Assembly (NCBI GenBank): GCA_963841205.1
Contig: CAWJCH010000031.1
Span: 5,709-69,708, forward strand
DNA: 64,000 nt
Reading direction: 5' to 3'
From: an uncultured Chloroflexia bacterium
GTDB taxonomy: Bacteria; Chloroflexota; Ktedonobacteria; Ktedonobacterales; JADMIN01
The position numbers and the translations under genes were made by a program. Below are positions 27,823 through 37,589 of the stretch, piece by piece (position 1 is the stretch's first letter; each line of letters begins with the position of its first letter). A model generated the notes under the pieces. That model had not been told where the DNA came from. It saw only the letters and a program-made list of their open reading frames with translations, and searched no databases.

Positions 27823-30162
27823 CTAGGCTGCCGGCTCCGCGACGGTGAAGGCGAGCAGGTCGCTGCCGTCCCAGAGGAAGACGTCGAGCTGCGAGCCGTA
27901 GGCGGCGACGGCGAAGAGGCCGGGGTGCGTCACGGGATGCCCATAGACATACTGGTCCGACACCCCAGCCGCGGCACCGCCCCCTAACCCGCCGGGCAGC
28001 CGCAGGATGCGCGAATGCGTCGGGTCGCCCACCAACACCTGATTCGCCTGTGCCGGGTCCAGCGCGACGGTGGCGCTCGACCCTAGCCTGCCCGTTTCGC
28101 CAGCCACTGGCGTCGGCACCGTCCCGCCGCTGTACGCATCGGGCGAGCTCGTGTCCACCGGCGGCCGCTTGCTGAGGGTGCCGATGACGCTGGTGTGGTC
28201 CGCGTCGAACTGCCTGAAGCTGCCGTCCGCGAGCAGCGCGTAGAGCGCGGTGGGCGAGGCGGCCAGCGAGTCGGCGGGCTGCGGCAGCGCGAGCACCGGC
28301 GCGGCGGCCGTGGCGCCCTTCACGATCTGCCAGACGCCGGGACCGCCCGTCCCCGCGAAGGCGACGTAGGCCGTGGCGCCCGAGACCGCCAGCACGCTCG
28401 GTGTCTGCCCCGCGGCCGCAGGCACCGTCACATCAAGTGCGGTGGTGATCTTCGGCGAACCGTCCGCGTTCGCACCGTTTGGCTGCACCGAGATCACCTG
28501 TGTCGCGCCGCCGATGAGCGAAACGAGCGCGAAGAGGGTGGCGCCGTCGGCGGCCACGGCGAGGACCCCGGTCGTCCCCGCGATGGCGAGCGGGTAGCAA
28601 GTCGCGCCCGACGCCGGTGCGCCGGAGGCATCGAGCGCCGTGCTGATCTGGTACAGCACGCCGCCGCTGAGGGCGTAGAGCATCTGCGCGGCGGGCGGCG
28701 CGGCACCGGCCTTGGCGGCGGGCGGCTCGACGGCGGTGAAGCCGCTGACGGCGCTCAGCGTCGTGGACGCGCCGGTCGTCCCCTCCGGCGGCGCGCAGGA
28801 GATCGCGTAGGTCGCGATGCCGGTCGGCGAGACCAGCCTGATGGCGTTGGTCGAGTTGTAGCGATCCAACGTCTTCTGTACGGCCGGCGTCAACTCCGTC
28901 GTCAGTACCGACCGCACATTGGCGACGCTGGCGGAGTCGAGCTGCGCGTTGTGAAGGTCGGCGACCAGCCGCTGCTGCACCTGCGAGAGCGCGACGAGCG
29001 CCTGGCTGGGGTCCTGGCTCGGGGCCGCCGAGATGGTGTTTCGCGCGTCGCTGATGTCATTTTGCGCGTGCGTCGTGGCGGCGCGAGAAGCGGCGATGGG
29101 CCCGTTGGTGTAGTCCCAGACGCCGAACGCGAGCGCGATCACCGCCGCCGCCGCGAGCAGCCGCAAGGCATTGATCGCGACGCGGCCGGCGGTCGACCGC
29201 CGCGCCTTCTTCTTGCCGCCGAGTTTGGTGGTAGGCGTCGCCGCCAGCGCACCCGAGGTATGCTTGACCGCCGGCATGCGCGGCGAGGAGTAGATCGGCA
29301 GCGGCTGCGTGATGGCCCCGTCGGGGCTGGTGGTGGCCTCAGGTGGCAACGAGAGCGTGTCGGTAATCGCGGGCACTTCGAGCAGCTGCACCAGCACGGC
29401 GGTAATATTGTCGGGGCCGCCGTTCTCGTTCGCCATGTCTACCAGCGCCTGCACGCTCTCGTCGGGCTGGTTGGCCTGCACGACGGTGCGCTCGATGGCA
29501 TCCTCTTCGACGTAGCCGTGCAAGCCGTCGCTGCACAGCAAAATGCGATCACCCTGTTGCAGCTTCTCGATGAAGAGGTCGGCGTTTACGTTCGGCTGCG
29601 TGCCCAGGCTCCGCGTGATCACGTTGCGATGCGCGTGGACGCGCGCTTGCTCCTCGGTCAGCACCCCCGCGCGCACCTGCTCGGCAACCCACGAGTGGTC
29701 GAGCGTCACCTGGCGCAGCTTGCCATCGCGGGCGATGTAGGCACGGCTGTCGCCGATGTTGACGAAGTAGGCGCGCCCGCCGTTGATCAGCAGCGTGACG
29801 CAGGTGGTGCCCATGCCAGCCACCTCGGGGTGTTCTGCGGCGTACTCGAAGATGCGCTCGTTGGCGGCGCGTATGGCATCAGCGAGGTTGTCGATGACAT
29901 CCGTGTGGGTCGAGGCGAAGTAGGTGTCGCGGATGGTATTGACGCCGATCTCCGCGGCGACCTCTCCAGCAGCATGGCCGCCCATGCCGTCGCAGACCAC
30001 GAAGAGCGCACCCTTCTTCGCTAGCTCCGCCTCGTCCGCCGGGACGTGGTGCGTCGTGTTGTCCTGGTTGCGCTCGCGCCTGCGGCCGACGTCCGTCAGC
30101 CCGGCGGCGGCCAAGCGAAGTCTCTTGCCCAACACCAACCCCCCGCCAACTGGGTTTCCCAC
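27823..30162 (-). CDS. PP2C-family Ser/Thr phosphatase fused through one TM helix to a large Ala/Thr/Gly-rich extracytoplasmic domain
   Basis: LTDVGRRRERNQD, FVVCDGMGGHAAGEVAA, LLCSDGL and ENGGPDNITAVLV are PP2C motifs. A TM helix follows (LRLLAAAAVIALAFGVW), then about 430 aa of repetitive beta-rich sequence. Confidence 0.85.
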   Translation of the reverse strand: MGNPVGGGLVLGKRLRLAAAGLTDVGRRRERNQDNTTHHVPADEAELAKKGALFVVCDGMGGHAAGEVAAEIGVNTIRDTYFASTHTDVIDNLADAIRAANERIFEYAAEHPEVAGMGTTCVTLLINGGRAYFVNIGDSRAYIARDGKLRQVTLDHSWVAEQVRAGVLTEEQARVHAHRNVITRSLGTQPNVNADLFIEKLQQGDRILLCSDGLHGYVEEDAIERTVVQANQPDESVQALVDMANENGGPDNITAVLVQLLEVPAITDTLSLPPEATTSPDGAITQPLPIYSSPRMPAVKHTSGALAATPTTKLGGKKKARRSTAGRVAINALRLLAAAAVIALAFGVWDYTNGPIAASRAATTHAQNDISDARNTISAAPSQDPSQALVALSQVQQRLVADLHNAQLDSASVANVRSVLTTELTPAVQKTLDRYNSTNAIRLVSPTGIATYAISCAPPEGTTGASTTLSAVSGFTAVEPPAAKAGAAPPAAQMLYALSGGVLYQISTALDASGAPASGATCYPLAIAGTTGVLAVAADGATLFALVSLIGGATQVISVQPNGANADGSPKITTALDVTVPAAAGQTPSVLAVSGATAYVAFAGTGGPGVWQIVKGATAAAPVLALPQPADSLAASPTALYALLADGSFRQFDADHTSVIGTLSKRPPVDTSSPDAYSGGTVPTPVAGETGRLGSSATVALDPAQANQVLVGDPTHSRILRLPGGLGGGAAAGVSDQYVYGHPVTHPGLFAVAAYGSQLDVFLWDGSDLLAFTVAEPAA

Positions 30163-30400
30163 GCTACTGCCCTTCCCCGCTGCCCACGCCCGCGGACGCC
30201 GCCCATTCTACACCCAGCCCGCCCACTTGGCAACGAAGTCCGCCCGATTGGGCATGGTGCGTGAGCCGCGCGACGCGATACAATCCCCTACACTTCTCCG
30301 TATTCTAGAACGAGTCGGCTCGTCATACGGCACACCACATTGAGCGGGCAGCGTTCCAGTCTCGCGGGCGCGGGGCGCGTGACGCTCTAGGGCAAAGAGC

Positions 30401-31513
30401 GTGCCCGCCGGAGAGAAAGCGCCAATCATCATGCCAGGAGGCGGTAACGCTCGACCGACGCTGGTCTTACCCGTAACGCTGAGCGGTGAACCAGCGAGCG
30501 CGACGGCGCAGGCAGCCGAGCTGCTGCGCGCCGGGCGTCTCGTCGCTTTCCCGACCGAGACGGTCTACGGCCTCGGTGCCAACGCGACGAACCCCGAGGC
30601 GGTTGAGGCCATCTTCGCCGCGAAAGGACGACCGCACAGCGATCCGCTGATCGTGCACATCCCTGGGGCCACCGAACTCGCGACGGTCGCTTCCGCGATC
30701 CCCCCCCTTGCGCTGCAACTGGCCGAGCAATTCTGGCCGGGACCGCTGACGCTCATCCTGCCGCGGGGACTCGCGATCAGCCCCGCCGTCTCGGCGGGAG
30801 GCGACACCGTCGGTGTGCGCGTGCCGCGACACCCGGTGGCGCTCGAGCTGCTACGCGCGACTGGCGTGCCGGTGGCGGCCCCCAGCGCGAATCGCTTCAT
30901 GCACACCAGCCCTACGACGGCGGCGCACGTCTTGGCCGACCTCGACGGCCGCATCGATTGCCTGCTGGACGCCGGACCCTGCGAGGTCGGCGTCGAATCG
31001 ACCGTGCTCGACCTGACTAGCCAGCCGCCGCGCGTGCTGCGTCCCGGCGGCGTGACCCTCGAAGCGCTACGCGAGCTCGTGCCTGACGTGCAGGGTCCGC
31101 GATCGAGCGCCGCGTATCCGAGCGATGCGCCCGCCCTCGCGCCGGGACAGACGGAGCGTCACTACGCGCCGAGCGCGCACTTGGTCGTCTTCGACGCGTC
31201 CGGCGCGGCGGCGCTGGCGGCGATGCGCGCTGAGGCGCTGGCGGCACTGGCGCGAGGCGAGCGGGTCGGCGCGCTGCTGGCCGACGACGAGGCCGACATG
31301 CTCGCCACGTTGCCCGTCTCGCTGGTGACGCTCGGCATGAGCAGCGATCTCGCCGCGATCTCGCGGACACTCTACGCGGGCCTGCGCGACCTCGACGAGC
31401 TGGGGCTCGACCTGCTGCTCGCCCACACCTTCGGCCAAGCGGGCCTCGGCCTGGCGCTGTGGGATCGCCTTCGCCGCGCGGCGGGAGGCACCCTCCGCAG
31501 CGTGGCGGAATGA
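30401..31513 (+). CDS. L-threonylcarbamoyladenylate synthase, long Sua5/YwlC form
   Basis: LVAFPTETVYGLGANATNPEAVEAIFAAKGRPHSDPLIVHI, WPGPLTLIL, GVRVPRHPVALELL and APSANRF, plus a Sua5 C-terminal domain. Confidence 0.85.
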   Translation: MPAGEKAPIIMPGGGNARPTLVLPVTLSGEPASATAQAAELLRAGRLVAFPTETVYGLGANATNPEAVEAIFAAKGRPHSDPLIVHIPGATELATVASAIPPLALQLAEQFWPGPLTLILPRGLAISPAVSAGGDTVGVRVPRHPVALELLRATGVPVAAPSANRFMHTSPTTAAHVLADLDGRIDCLLDAGPCEVGVESTVLDLTSQPPRVLRPGGVTLEALRELVPDVQGPRSSAAYPSDAPALAPGQTERHYAPSAHLVVFDASGAAALAAMRAEALAALARGERVGALLADDEADMLATLPVSLVTLGMSSDLAAISRTLYAGLRDLDELGLDLLLAHTFGQAGLGLALWDRLRRAAGGTLRSVAE

Positions 31514-32099
31514 GAATGGACGCCTCCCGGCTTGAAGGCCAGGGTAATCTCGCTTGGCGCGCGGTGCAATGCCCATGAACCCAAGCCGATTCGGCATGCT
31601 AACTGACCTGACAGAAAAGGGCTTTAGCCCGCCGCAAGCCGCTGGGTGTTAACCCGGGCGGTGCGGCGTCCAGGGCTTTCGCCCACAGCCTGGTGGCATT
31701 GCCGTTTTCCTGCCCATCAGGCAGACGACCTCGGTGGACTCTTTGCACCTCGCCAAGTGCATGCTGTTTGCCGGTTCCGTGGTACCTCGTTCCCACACGG
31801 GGAAAAGCAGCAACGGGCCTTGGACGCGGTGCCATGCGGTTGAGCCAGCGTTTTTTCGAGAGCCTAGCTCGCCTGGCGATGCCTGCAACGTCCGCTTGGG
31901 CGGGGGCACCGCCTTCAGGCGCGAACGGGCAGGGGTGGATACAATCATCCCATCAGACCCGTAGCCTGAGCACCCATGGGGCTTTTGCCCCCGTGGAGTG
32001 TCAGGAAACCAGCGCCGGCTGATGCGAGGGCGGCACAGGTTCAGCGCAATCGTCGCCGCACGCGCGCCGGACTTCAGTCGGCGACGCCGTGCGCTGGCA

Positions 32100-32147
32100 C
32101 TTCAGTGCCTCGATCCTTCAGTGCCTCGATCCTTCAGTGCCTCGATT
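32100..32147. repeat. 16-bp tandem repeat x3 (CTTCAGTGCCTCGATC; the last copy ends in T)
   Basis: Read directly from the sequence. It lies inside the ORF-free region 31514-32231. Confidence 0.9.
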
Positions 32148-32231
32148 CAGCGCGTCTGGGATGAGGCCCTTCACCTTTTCAGGAATTCGCCCCAGCATTT
32201 GTGCCGGGAAACCCCATACCGCGAAGGGGCG

Positions 32232-32864
32232 TCACCCGTGGGGCGCGAGCGCGGCGGGCGAGGGCGCATCGTCGGGCAGCAGCGCGTACATGCCGTCGTA
32301 GAACGAGCGGACGTAGGGCGGGATCAGGCGCATGTCGGCCATCATGCCGCTCGCCAGCCCGGCGTACATCTCCCAGTCGTTGCGCTCGACCAGCATCCCC
32401 GCCCAGCCTTGCTCCGGGATGCCGTGGATGTAGCCGTAGGCGAGCCGCGCCATGCGGGCGTAACGCGGATCGGTCTCGTTTGAGAGCGTGATGGTCGTCT
32501 GCATCATCGCCTCCTCCTGCCCGATGCGCCGCCCGTGCCACCACGCGTGCGCCAGCTCGTGGATCGCCGCCTCGTACTGCGCGGTGAACAGCTGCACCTT
32601 GTTCTGATCGGGAATCCAGAAACCGCCGCCACGCGTGCTCTGCAGGTCGATTACCTCGAAGGCGATCTGCGTCGAGAGCCAGCGCCGCGCCTCGTCGGTG
32701 TAGGGGAAGCGCGTCAACACGTCGGCCAGGAAAACGGCGGCGTCTTCGGCGGGGGAAGGCGCGGCGGAGGACGGTGTCGGAGCGGCGATTACCTTGTCCT
32801 CGCCCCAGCGGCGCAGACGATCCAGCGTCGAGCGGAACCGATCCATATCTCGCCTCTTTCGCAT
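32232..32864 (-). CDS. Hypothetical protein with an HExxH motif (HELAHAWWH)
   Basis: Ordinary composition. There is a single HExxH motif in a helical context, and no family was recognised. Confidence 0.55.
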   Translation of the reverse strand: MRKRRDMDRFRSTLDRLRRWGEDKVIAAPTPSSAAPSPAEDAAVFLADVLTRFPYTDEARRWLSTQIAFEVIDLQSTRGGGFWIPDQNKVQLFTAQYEAAIHELAHAWWHGRRIGQEEAMMQTTITLSNETDPRYARMARLAYGYIHGIPEQGWAGMLVERNDWEMYAGLASGMMADMRLIPPYVRSFYDGMYALLPDDAPSPAALAPHG

Positions 32865-32870
32865 CGCGCG

Positions 32871-33809
32871 CTACGACATCTGCGCGGCGGCAAGCTCCGC
32901 GGTGCCGAGCAGCCCGTCGAGCGCGGCATAGCAACGCAGTGGCTGTTGCAGGAACGGCAGGTGACCCGCCTCAGGCAGCGTCACCTCCAGCGCGCCGTGA
33001 CCGCCAAGCGACTCCGCTGCCAGGTGCGCCTCCGGTCCCGTGACGAGCGGGTCCAACGCGCCGCGCATCACGATGGTGGGCAATTCGATCGTCTTCGCCG
33101 TCGCCACGAGGCTCGCCTGCGCGTGCGCGGACGTCACGTCGCGCCAGAGGGCGGAACGAGCGGCGAGCGACGCGCGAAATCCCGCTGCGTCGCGGATGGC
33201 GCGGTGGCGCGCGGCTGCGGCCTTCACCTCGGCTGTCGTGTCGGGTCCGAGGGCGAGCGAGGTAGCCAGCGGATCGATTAACGCGGCGAGCGAGGCGCTG
33301 CTCGCGAGGCGCGAGACGAGGCGTGAGGAGCGCGCGCCGGTGGAGAAGCCGACGGGTCCGAGCAGCGCCAGCCCCAGCACCCGTCGTGGATGCCCGGCCG
33401 CGTAGCGCAGCGCGACCGCCCCCGCGATACCGTTGGCGACGAGCACGCCGCGCGCGATACCCAGCCCGTCCAGCCAGCCGGCGAGCACCTCGACGTAGCC
33501 CTCAACCGAATACGTGTAGTCCGCCGGCGGGATGGCCGACGCGCCGAAGCCGGGCCAGTCCGGCGCGAAGACGCGGCGCTCACCCGCGAAGCGCTCCAGC
33601 AGCGGCGCGTAGTCACCCCAGACGAAACCGATCTCCGGCAGCACAATCAGCGGCACGCGGGGCAATAGGCCACGCTGGTCGTCGTTCATCGCCGCGACGA
33701 GCCGCAGCCCGTTCACCATCACGCCACGCTCGACGATCCGTGGCGTGCCGCCGTTGCTGGTGGCTCCGGCAGTCTGCCGCGGCGCGGACGCGTTCGGCTC
33801 GTCGGGCAT
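32871..33809 (-). CDS. Alpha/beta-fold hydrolase
   Basis: PLIVLPEIGFVW..RVFAPDWPGFGAS...LVANGIAGAVALRYAAGHPRRV...GALDPLV...LPEAGHLPFLQQP. Note that the nucleophile elbow reads G-I-A-G rather than G-x-S-x-G. Confidence 0.7.
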   Translation of the reverse strand: MPDEPNASAPRQTAGATSNGGTPRIVERGVMVNGLRLVAAMNDDQRGLLPRVPLIVLPEIGFVWGDYAPLLERFAGERRVFAPDWPGFGASAIPPADYTYSVEGYVEVLAGWLDGLGIARGVLVANGIAGAVALRYAAGHPRRVLGLALLGPVGFSTGARSSRLVSRLASSASLAALIDPLATSLALGPDTTAEVKAAAARHRAIRDAAGFRASLAARSALWRDVTSAHAQASLVATAKTIELPTIVMRGALDPLVTGPEAHLAAESLGGHGALEVTLPEAGHLPFLQQPLRCYAALDGLLGTAELAAAQMS

Positions 33810-33839
33810 GTGTCCGTTGCTCCCGAACTCTGTTGGCGA

Positions 33840-35057
33840 TCAAGCGCTCCTGGCGCCGGTCGCCGCGGTGGCGCCGACTGTCGCATTGGCGCTGACGGGG
33901 CCGAAGGTGACTTCGAGCGCGCCGTTGACCATGCGGGCGACGGTGGCCTCCAGCGGCACCAGCACCGTCGGCAGGGCGATGTCGCGCTTGAAGTTGCCGA
34001 TCTCGACGATCAACTCATCGCCCTTCTTCAGCATACCAACTTTTGCCATCTCGACGTGCGGCAACGGCAACCGCAGCAGGTACGTGTCGCCCAGCTTGAT
34101 CAGCTCCTGCGGCGAGCCGCGATGGAAGACCTGCGTCGGGTCCGCGCCGCCCCAGACCTCCGCGCCAAGCTCCGCCAGCGCCGAAGGACCGAGGATCTCG
34201 CGCGAGCGATACGGCGCGTCCCAGACGGGCAGCGGTGCGAAGGTCGTGTGGATCTGCTCGTAATAGGCGCGCTGCTGGGACGCCATGTCGCGCAGCAGCG
34301 CGTCGGCATACGCCCCACCCGCCGGCGCGGGCAGGACGCGATTGCACACCACGCCGTCGATGGGATAGCCGAAGAGCGCGAGATACGTCTCGGCGCGTAA
34401 CGCTTCCTTGATGACCATCTTCTCCGGCGTAACGACGAGGCGATACGAGCTGATGTCGGGATCCGTCAGCACGCCGCGCAGCATGGTAACCTGATCGTTC
34501 AGCTTCTGCAAAGACTCCAGCACGTTAACGCCGGGCAGGAAGGCCTTGAGCAGCGGCTTGGCGGCATTCAGCGCCATGCCCTTCCAGCCCTTAGCCTGGT
34601 TGGCGTACCATAGGAACGTCTCGGGCATGCTCAGCAAGCGCACCGTCTCGCCGGTCGGCGCCGCGTCCACCACCACCACGTCGTAGGTGCCATCGCGCGC
34701 CTGCCGGTGAATGTTGAGCAGCCCGACGATCTCGTCCATGCCGGGGACTAGCGCCATCTCCTCGGCGGCCACGTCGTTGAAGCCCTGCTTCTTCAGCACA
34801 GTGGTGACGTATTCCTGCATGCGGCCCCAGTGCGATCGCATCTCGTCGAGGACGTTGATCTCCTGCGCCCAGAGCTTCTCCGCCACCTGCTGCGGCTCGG
34901 CGGTCAAGGGCACGTCCAGGGCATCGGCGAGGCTGTGCGCGAGGTCCGTGCTGACGACGAGCGTGCGCTTGCCAAGCGCCGCCGCGCGCGCGGCGGTGGC
35001 TGCCGCCATCGTCGTTTTGCCGACGCCGCCCTTGCCGAGATAAAGAATCAACCGCAT
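33840..35057 (-). CDS. ArsA/GET3/TRC40-family ATPase
   Basis: MRLILYLGKGGVGKTTMAAATA P-loop, VVSTDLAHSLADAL and VVVDAAPTGETVRLL, with family-typical length. Confidence 0.85.
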   Translation of the reverse strand: MRLILYLGKGGVGKTTMAAATAARAAALGKRTLVVSTDLAHSLADALDVPLTAEPQQVAEKLWAQEINVLDEMRSHWGRMQEYVTTVLKKQGFNDVAAEEMALVPGMDEIVGLLNIHRQARDGTYDVVVVDAAPTGETVRLLSMPETFLWYANQAKGWKGMALNAAKPLLKAFLPGVNVLESLQKLNDQVTMLRGVLTDPDISSYRLVVTPEKMVIKEALRAETYLALFGYPIDGVVCNRVLPAPAGGAYADALLRDMASQQRAYYEQIHTTFAPLPVWDAPYRSREILGPSALAELGAEVWGGADPTQVFHRGSPQELIKLGDTYLLRLPLPHVEMAKVGMLKKGDELIVEIGNFKRDIALPTVLVPLEATVARMVNGALEVTFGPVSANATVGATAATGARSA

Positions 35058-35481
35058 ATGTCCTGGCTCCTCTGGGGTCCGCGCGAGTCGTGTGTATGTG
35101 CCGCTTCGCAGCGTGGTGAAGGTCGCGCGTTCACGTCCCTGCTACTACGCCGCGTTGGCGCGGAAGTTGTAGGGATGAGTATGACGGCGGTGCTCGGCCA
35201 CCAGCCCGATGCCAGCGACGAGGCCAGCGCGTATGAGGTGTGCGCCTGCTCGCCATCGCCCTCGGCGGCGCGCTCTACCGCGCCATCCAGGGCCATATCG
35301 CCGCAACGGCTACGATGTCTTCACACAGCGCGCGCATCTCTGCAGCTGGCAAGCTCGCCGCGATCCCGCCGACCGGGCTGCGAGTGCGGCTGGCGGGCCG
35401 AACGAAATGTAGCGCGGGCAAACGCCACTCAACACTGGAATGGGAGAGCATGCACCATGAGCGTCCACTGACCTTTCCATC

Positions 35482-35883
35482 TCACTTTGCGGTGAGCTCG
35501 AGGATTCCCCCCAGACCTGTTCTGAAGCCGATTCGCTCGTTAAATCCGCGTATCTCTGGCAAATAGTCGACGTGGACGATGGAGATTCCATGGGTGCGCA
35601 TATGCGCGAGGGCGCTTCGAATGAGTTGGCTGCCAATGCCCTGCCCTTGCCAGTCGGGATGCACAATCACGTCGAGCAATGCGGCATGGCGTATACCGTC
35701 GCTGAGAATTGCGTACCACGCGACGAGTTGTCCTCGTTCATCGCGGCCGCCCACGGTCGCCCAGTACCGCTGGAGTGCCACTGGGTAATCCGAATCCATG
35801 CGGCTCCGCCCAACTGCCTCTCGAAGGTCGAGCACGGATGTAGGCGCAAGTGTCGGGTTCAGCTCTATCGTGATTGTGCTCAT
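35482..35883 (-). CDS. GNAT-family N-acetyltransferase
   Basis: LLDVIVHPDWQGQGIGSQLIRSAL is the acetyl-CoA-binding motif A (Q/RxxGxG/A). Confidence 0.8.
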   Translation of the reverse strand: MSTITIELNPTLAPTSVLDLREAVGRSRMDSDYPVALQRYWATVGGRDERGQLVAWYAILSDGIRHAALLDVIVHPDWQGQGIGSQLIRSALAHMRTHGISIVHVDYLPEIRGFNERIGFRTGLGGILELTAK

Positions 35884-36089
35884 CGAGTGCCTCGCTCGTT
35901 TGACAGGATGAGTCTAACGTTATGTAGCTCGAACGCCCGCATTGCAGCCTAGAACCTACCCAAGGATTCTGCCTCATCGACGTCTCGCGTGAATTATCGA
36001 AGTCAGTGAGCCCCTGTGAGACATTTTGTGGATCAGGTGGTATCGCGTGCGTAACGGACTGTCGACGCCCACGCCCGACGCCGTCGCGC

Positions 36090-37295
36090 TCACAGCACGC
36101 GGAAGAGCAGGGCCTTGAGGTAGCGGTCCTCAGGGAATCCGAGGAGCCAGGGGTGGTCCAGACTGGGACCGAAGGTGGCGATCAATTGGGCAGCGCGGCC
36201 CGCGCGCAGCAGCCCCTGACGCACGGCGGCTTCGAACTCGGCTGCGTCCACCGCGCCGGAGCAAGAGCACGTCAACAGCAGACCCTCCGGGCCGGTGACG
36301 CGCGCGGCGTTCATGTTCAGCGTCTCGTAGCCGCGAAGGGCGTTATCCTTCATGCCGATGTTCTTCGCGAAGGCCGGCGGATCCACCACCACCACGTCGA
36401 ACCGCTCCTCCGTGTTGGCAACCTCGGGGAGATAGCGCGACACATCACCCTCGATGAAGACGTGCGCCTCGGGATCATGGCCGTTGAGGGTGTAGTTGCG
36501 CTTCGCGAGATCCAGCGCGGGGGCCGAGGCGTCCACGTTCACCGTGCGCAGCGCGGGATTCTTCGCCAGCGCCGCCAACGCAAAGCCGCCAGAGTACGAG
36601 AAGCTATTGAGCAGGCTGGTCGCGTTGCGGGCGAGCTCCGCGATGAGCCGCCGCTTCTCGCGCTGATCGAGGAAGAACCCGGTCTTCTGCCCGCCCCACG
36701 GATCGACCAAGTAGCGCACACCATACTCGTTGATCTCGATCGTTTCTGGCACGGCGCCCCACGCGATGCTCCCGCCACCCATCGGCACGCCCTCGCGCTG
36801 CCGCACGCGCACGTCGTCCCGCGCCAGGATGCCCTCCGGCGCCAGCACACGTCGCAGCGCCTCGATGATCATCGCGCGTTGGCGCTCGACGCCCGCGGTG
36901 TGGAACTGCGCCACTAGCCAGCGGTCGAAGCGATCCACGATCAGGCCAGGCAGGAAATCCGCCTCCGCATTGATCACTCGATACGCGTTCAGGTCGGTGG
37001 CCAGCAGCGCCCGCGGCCGCTGCGCGCGCCCGACGCGGCGCACATAGAAATCCTCGTCGATAGCCTCCTCGACATCGCGCGTGAGCACGCGGAAGGCGAG
37101 GCTGTTCTTGGCGTTAAGATGGCCGCGCGCCACCCACTCGCCGCTATTCGCCACCACATCCGCCACCGAGCCGGCGGGCAGGTCAGCGGGCAGTTGCTCG
37201 AAGGCGCCCGAGAAGAGCCACGGATGCCCCGCCTGCACGGCGTAGTCGCGCCCCGGACGGAGGCGCAGCGTAGGGTACTTCGTTGGTGCGGCCAT
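36090..37295 (-). CDS. Class I SAM-dependent rRNA methyltransferase, RlmI/RlmK-like (PUA + MTase)
   Basis: HPWLFSGAF, YRVINAEADFLPGLIVDRF, QKTGFFLDQREKR, LNSFSYSGGFALAA and VVVDPPAF. Confidence 0.8.
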   Translation of the reverse strand: MAAPTKYPTLRLRPGRDYAVQAGHPWLFSGAFEQLPADLPAGSVADVVANSGEWVARGHLNAKNSLAFRVLTRDVEEAIDEDFYVRRVGRAQRPRALLATDLNAYRVINAEADFLPGLIVDRFDRWLVAQFHTAGVERQRAMIIEALRRVLAPEGILARDDVRVRQREGVPMGGGSIAWGAVPETIEINEYGVRYLVDPWGGQKTGFFLDQREKRRLIAELARNATSLLNSFSYSGGFALAALAKNPALRTVNVDASAPALDLAKRNYTLNGHDPEAHVFIEGDVSRYLPEVANTEERFDVVVVDPPAFAKNIGMKDNALRGYETLNMNAARVTGPEGLLLTCSCSGAVDAAEFEAAVRQGLLRAGRAAQLIATFGPSLDHPWLLGFPEDRYLKALLFRVL

Positions 37296-37589
37296 GCGCC
37301 GGCGATCCTTCCCGCATATATCGTACGTTGACGCGCCAGTATAGCACGCGGGTCAACGCGCTTGCTCCCCGTGACGTTCGACGGGGATTCCCCGCGAGCT
37401 GTTGACATTCCCGCCGTATACGTCACGCACGATCCGCCCTGGCCTTCAGGTAGAGGGCGGCATCACCCCCCAACAACCCACCGCGAAATGATGCCATCCT
37501 TCCAACTGACCCGCCTCGCCCCTATATCGTAGGGCGTTCGCTGATCCATACTCAGGCGGCGCAGCGCGGCCCCTGCCGCTCGTGGCCAC

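Noticed and set aside
32100-32147. Possible CRISPR array: the tandem repeats here and at 61831-61860.
   Set aside because: The repeats are contiguous with no spacers, the units are only 10-16 bp, there are only three copies, and there are no cas genes in the window.
31514-32231. RNase P RNA, tmRNA, SRP RNA or a riboswitch in the large ORF-free gap.
   Set aside because: I looked on both strands for the near-invariant GGAAAGUCC / ACAGAA..GGCUUA RNase P blocks, a tRNA-like GGTTCGA T-arm with a CCA end, the SRP GGAA/AGCA motif and the B12 box. I found only loose resemblances. The region is kept as an unexplained finding, not as an RNA gene.
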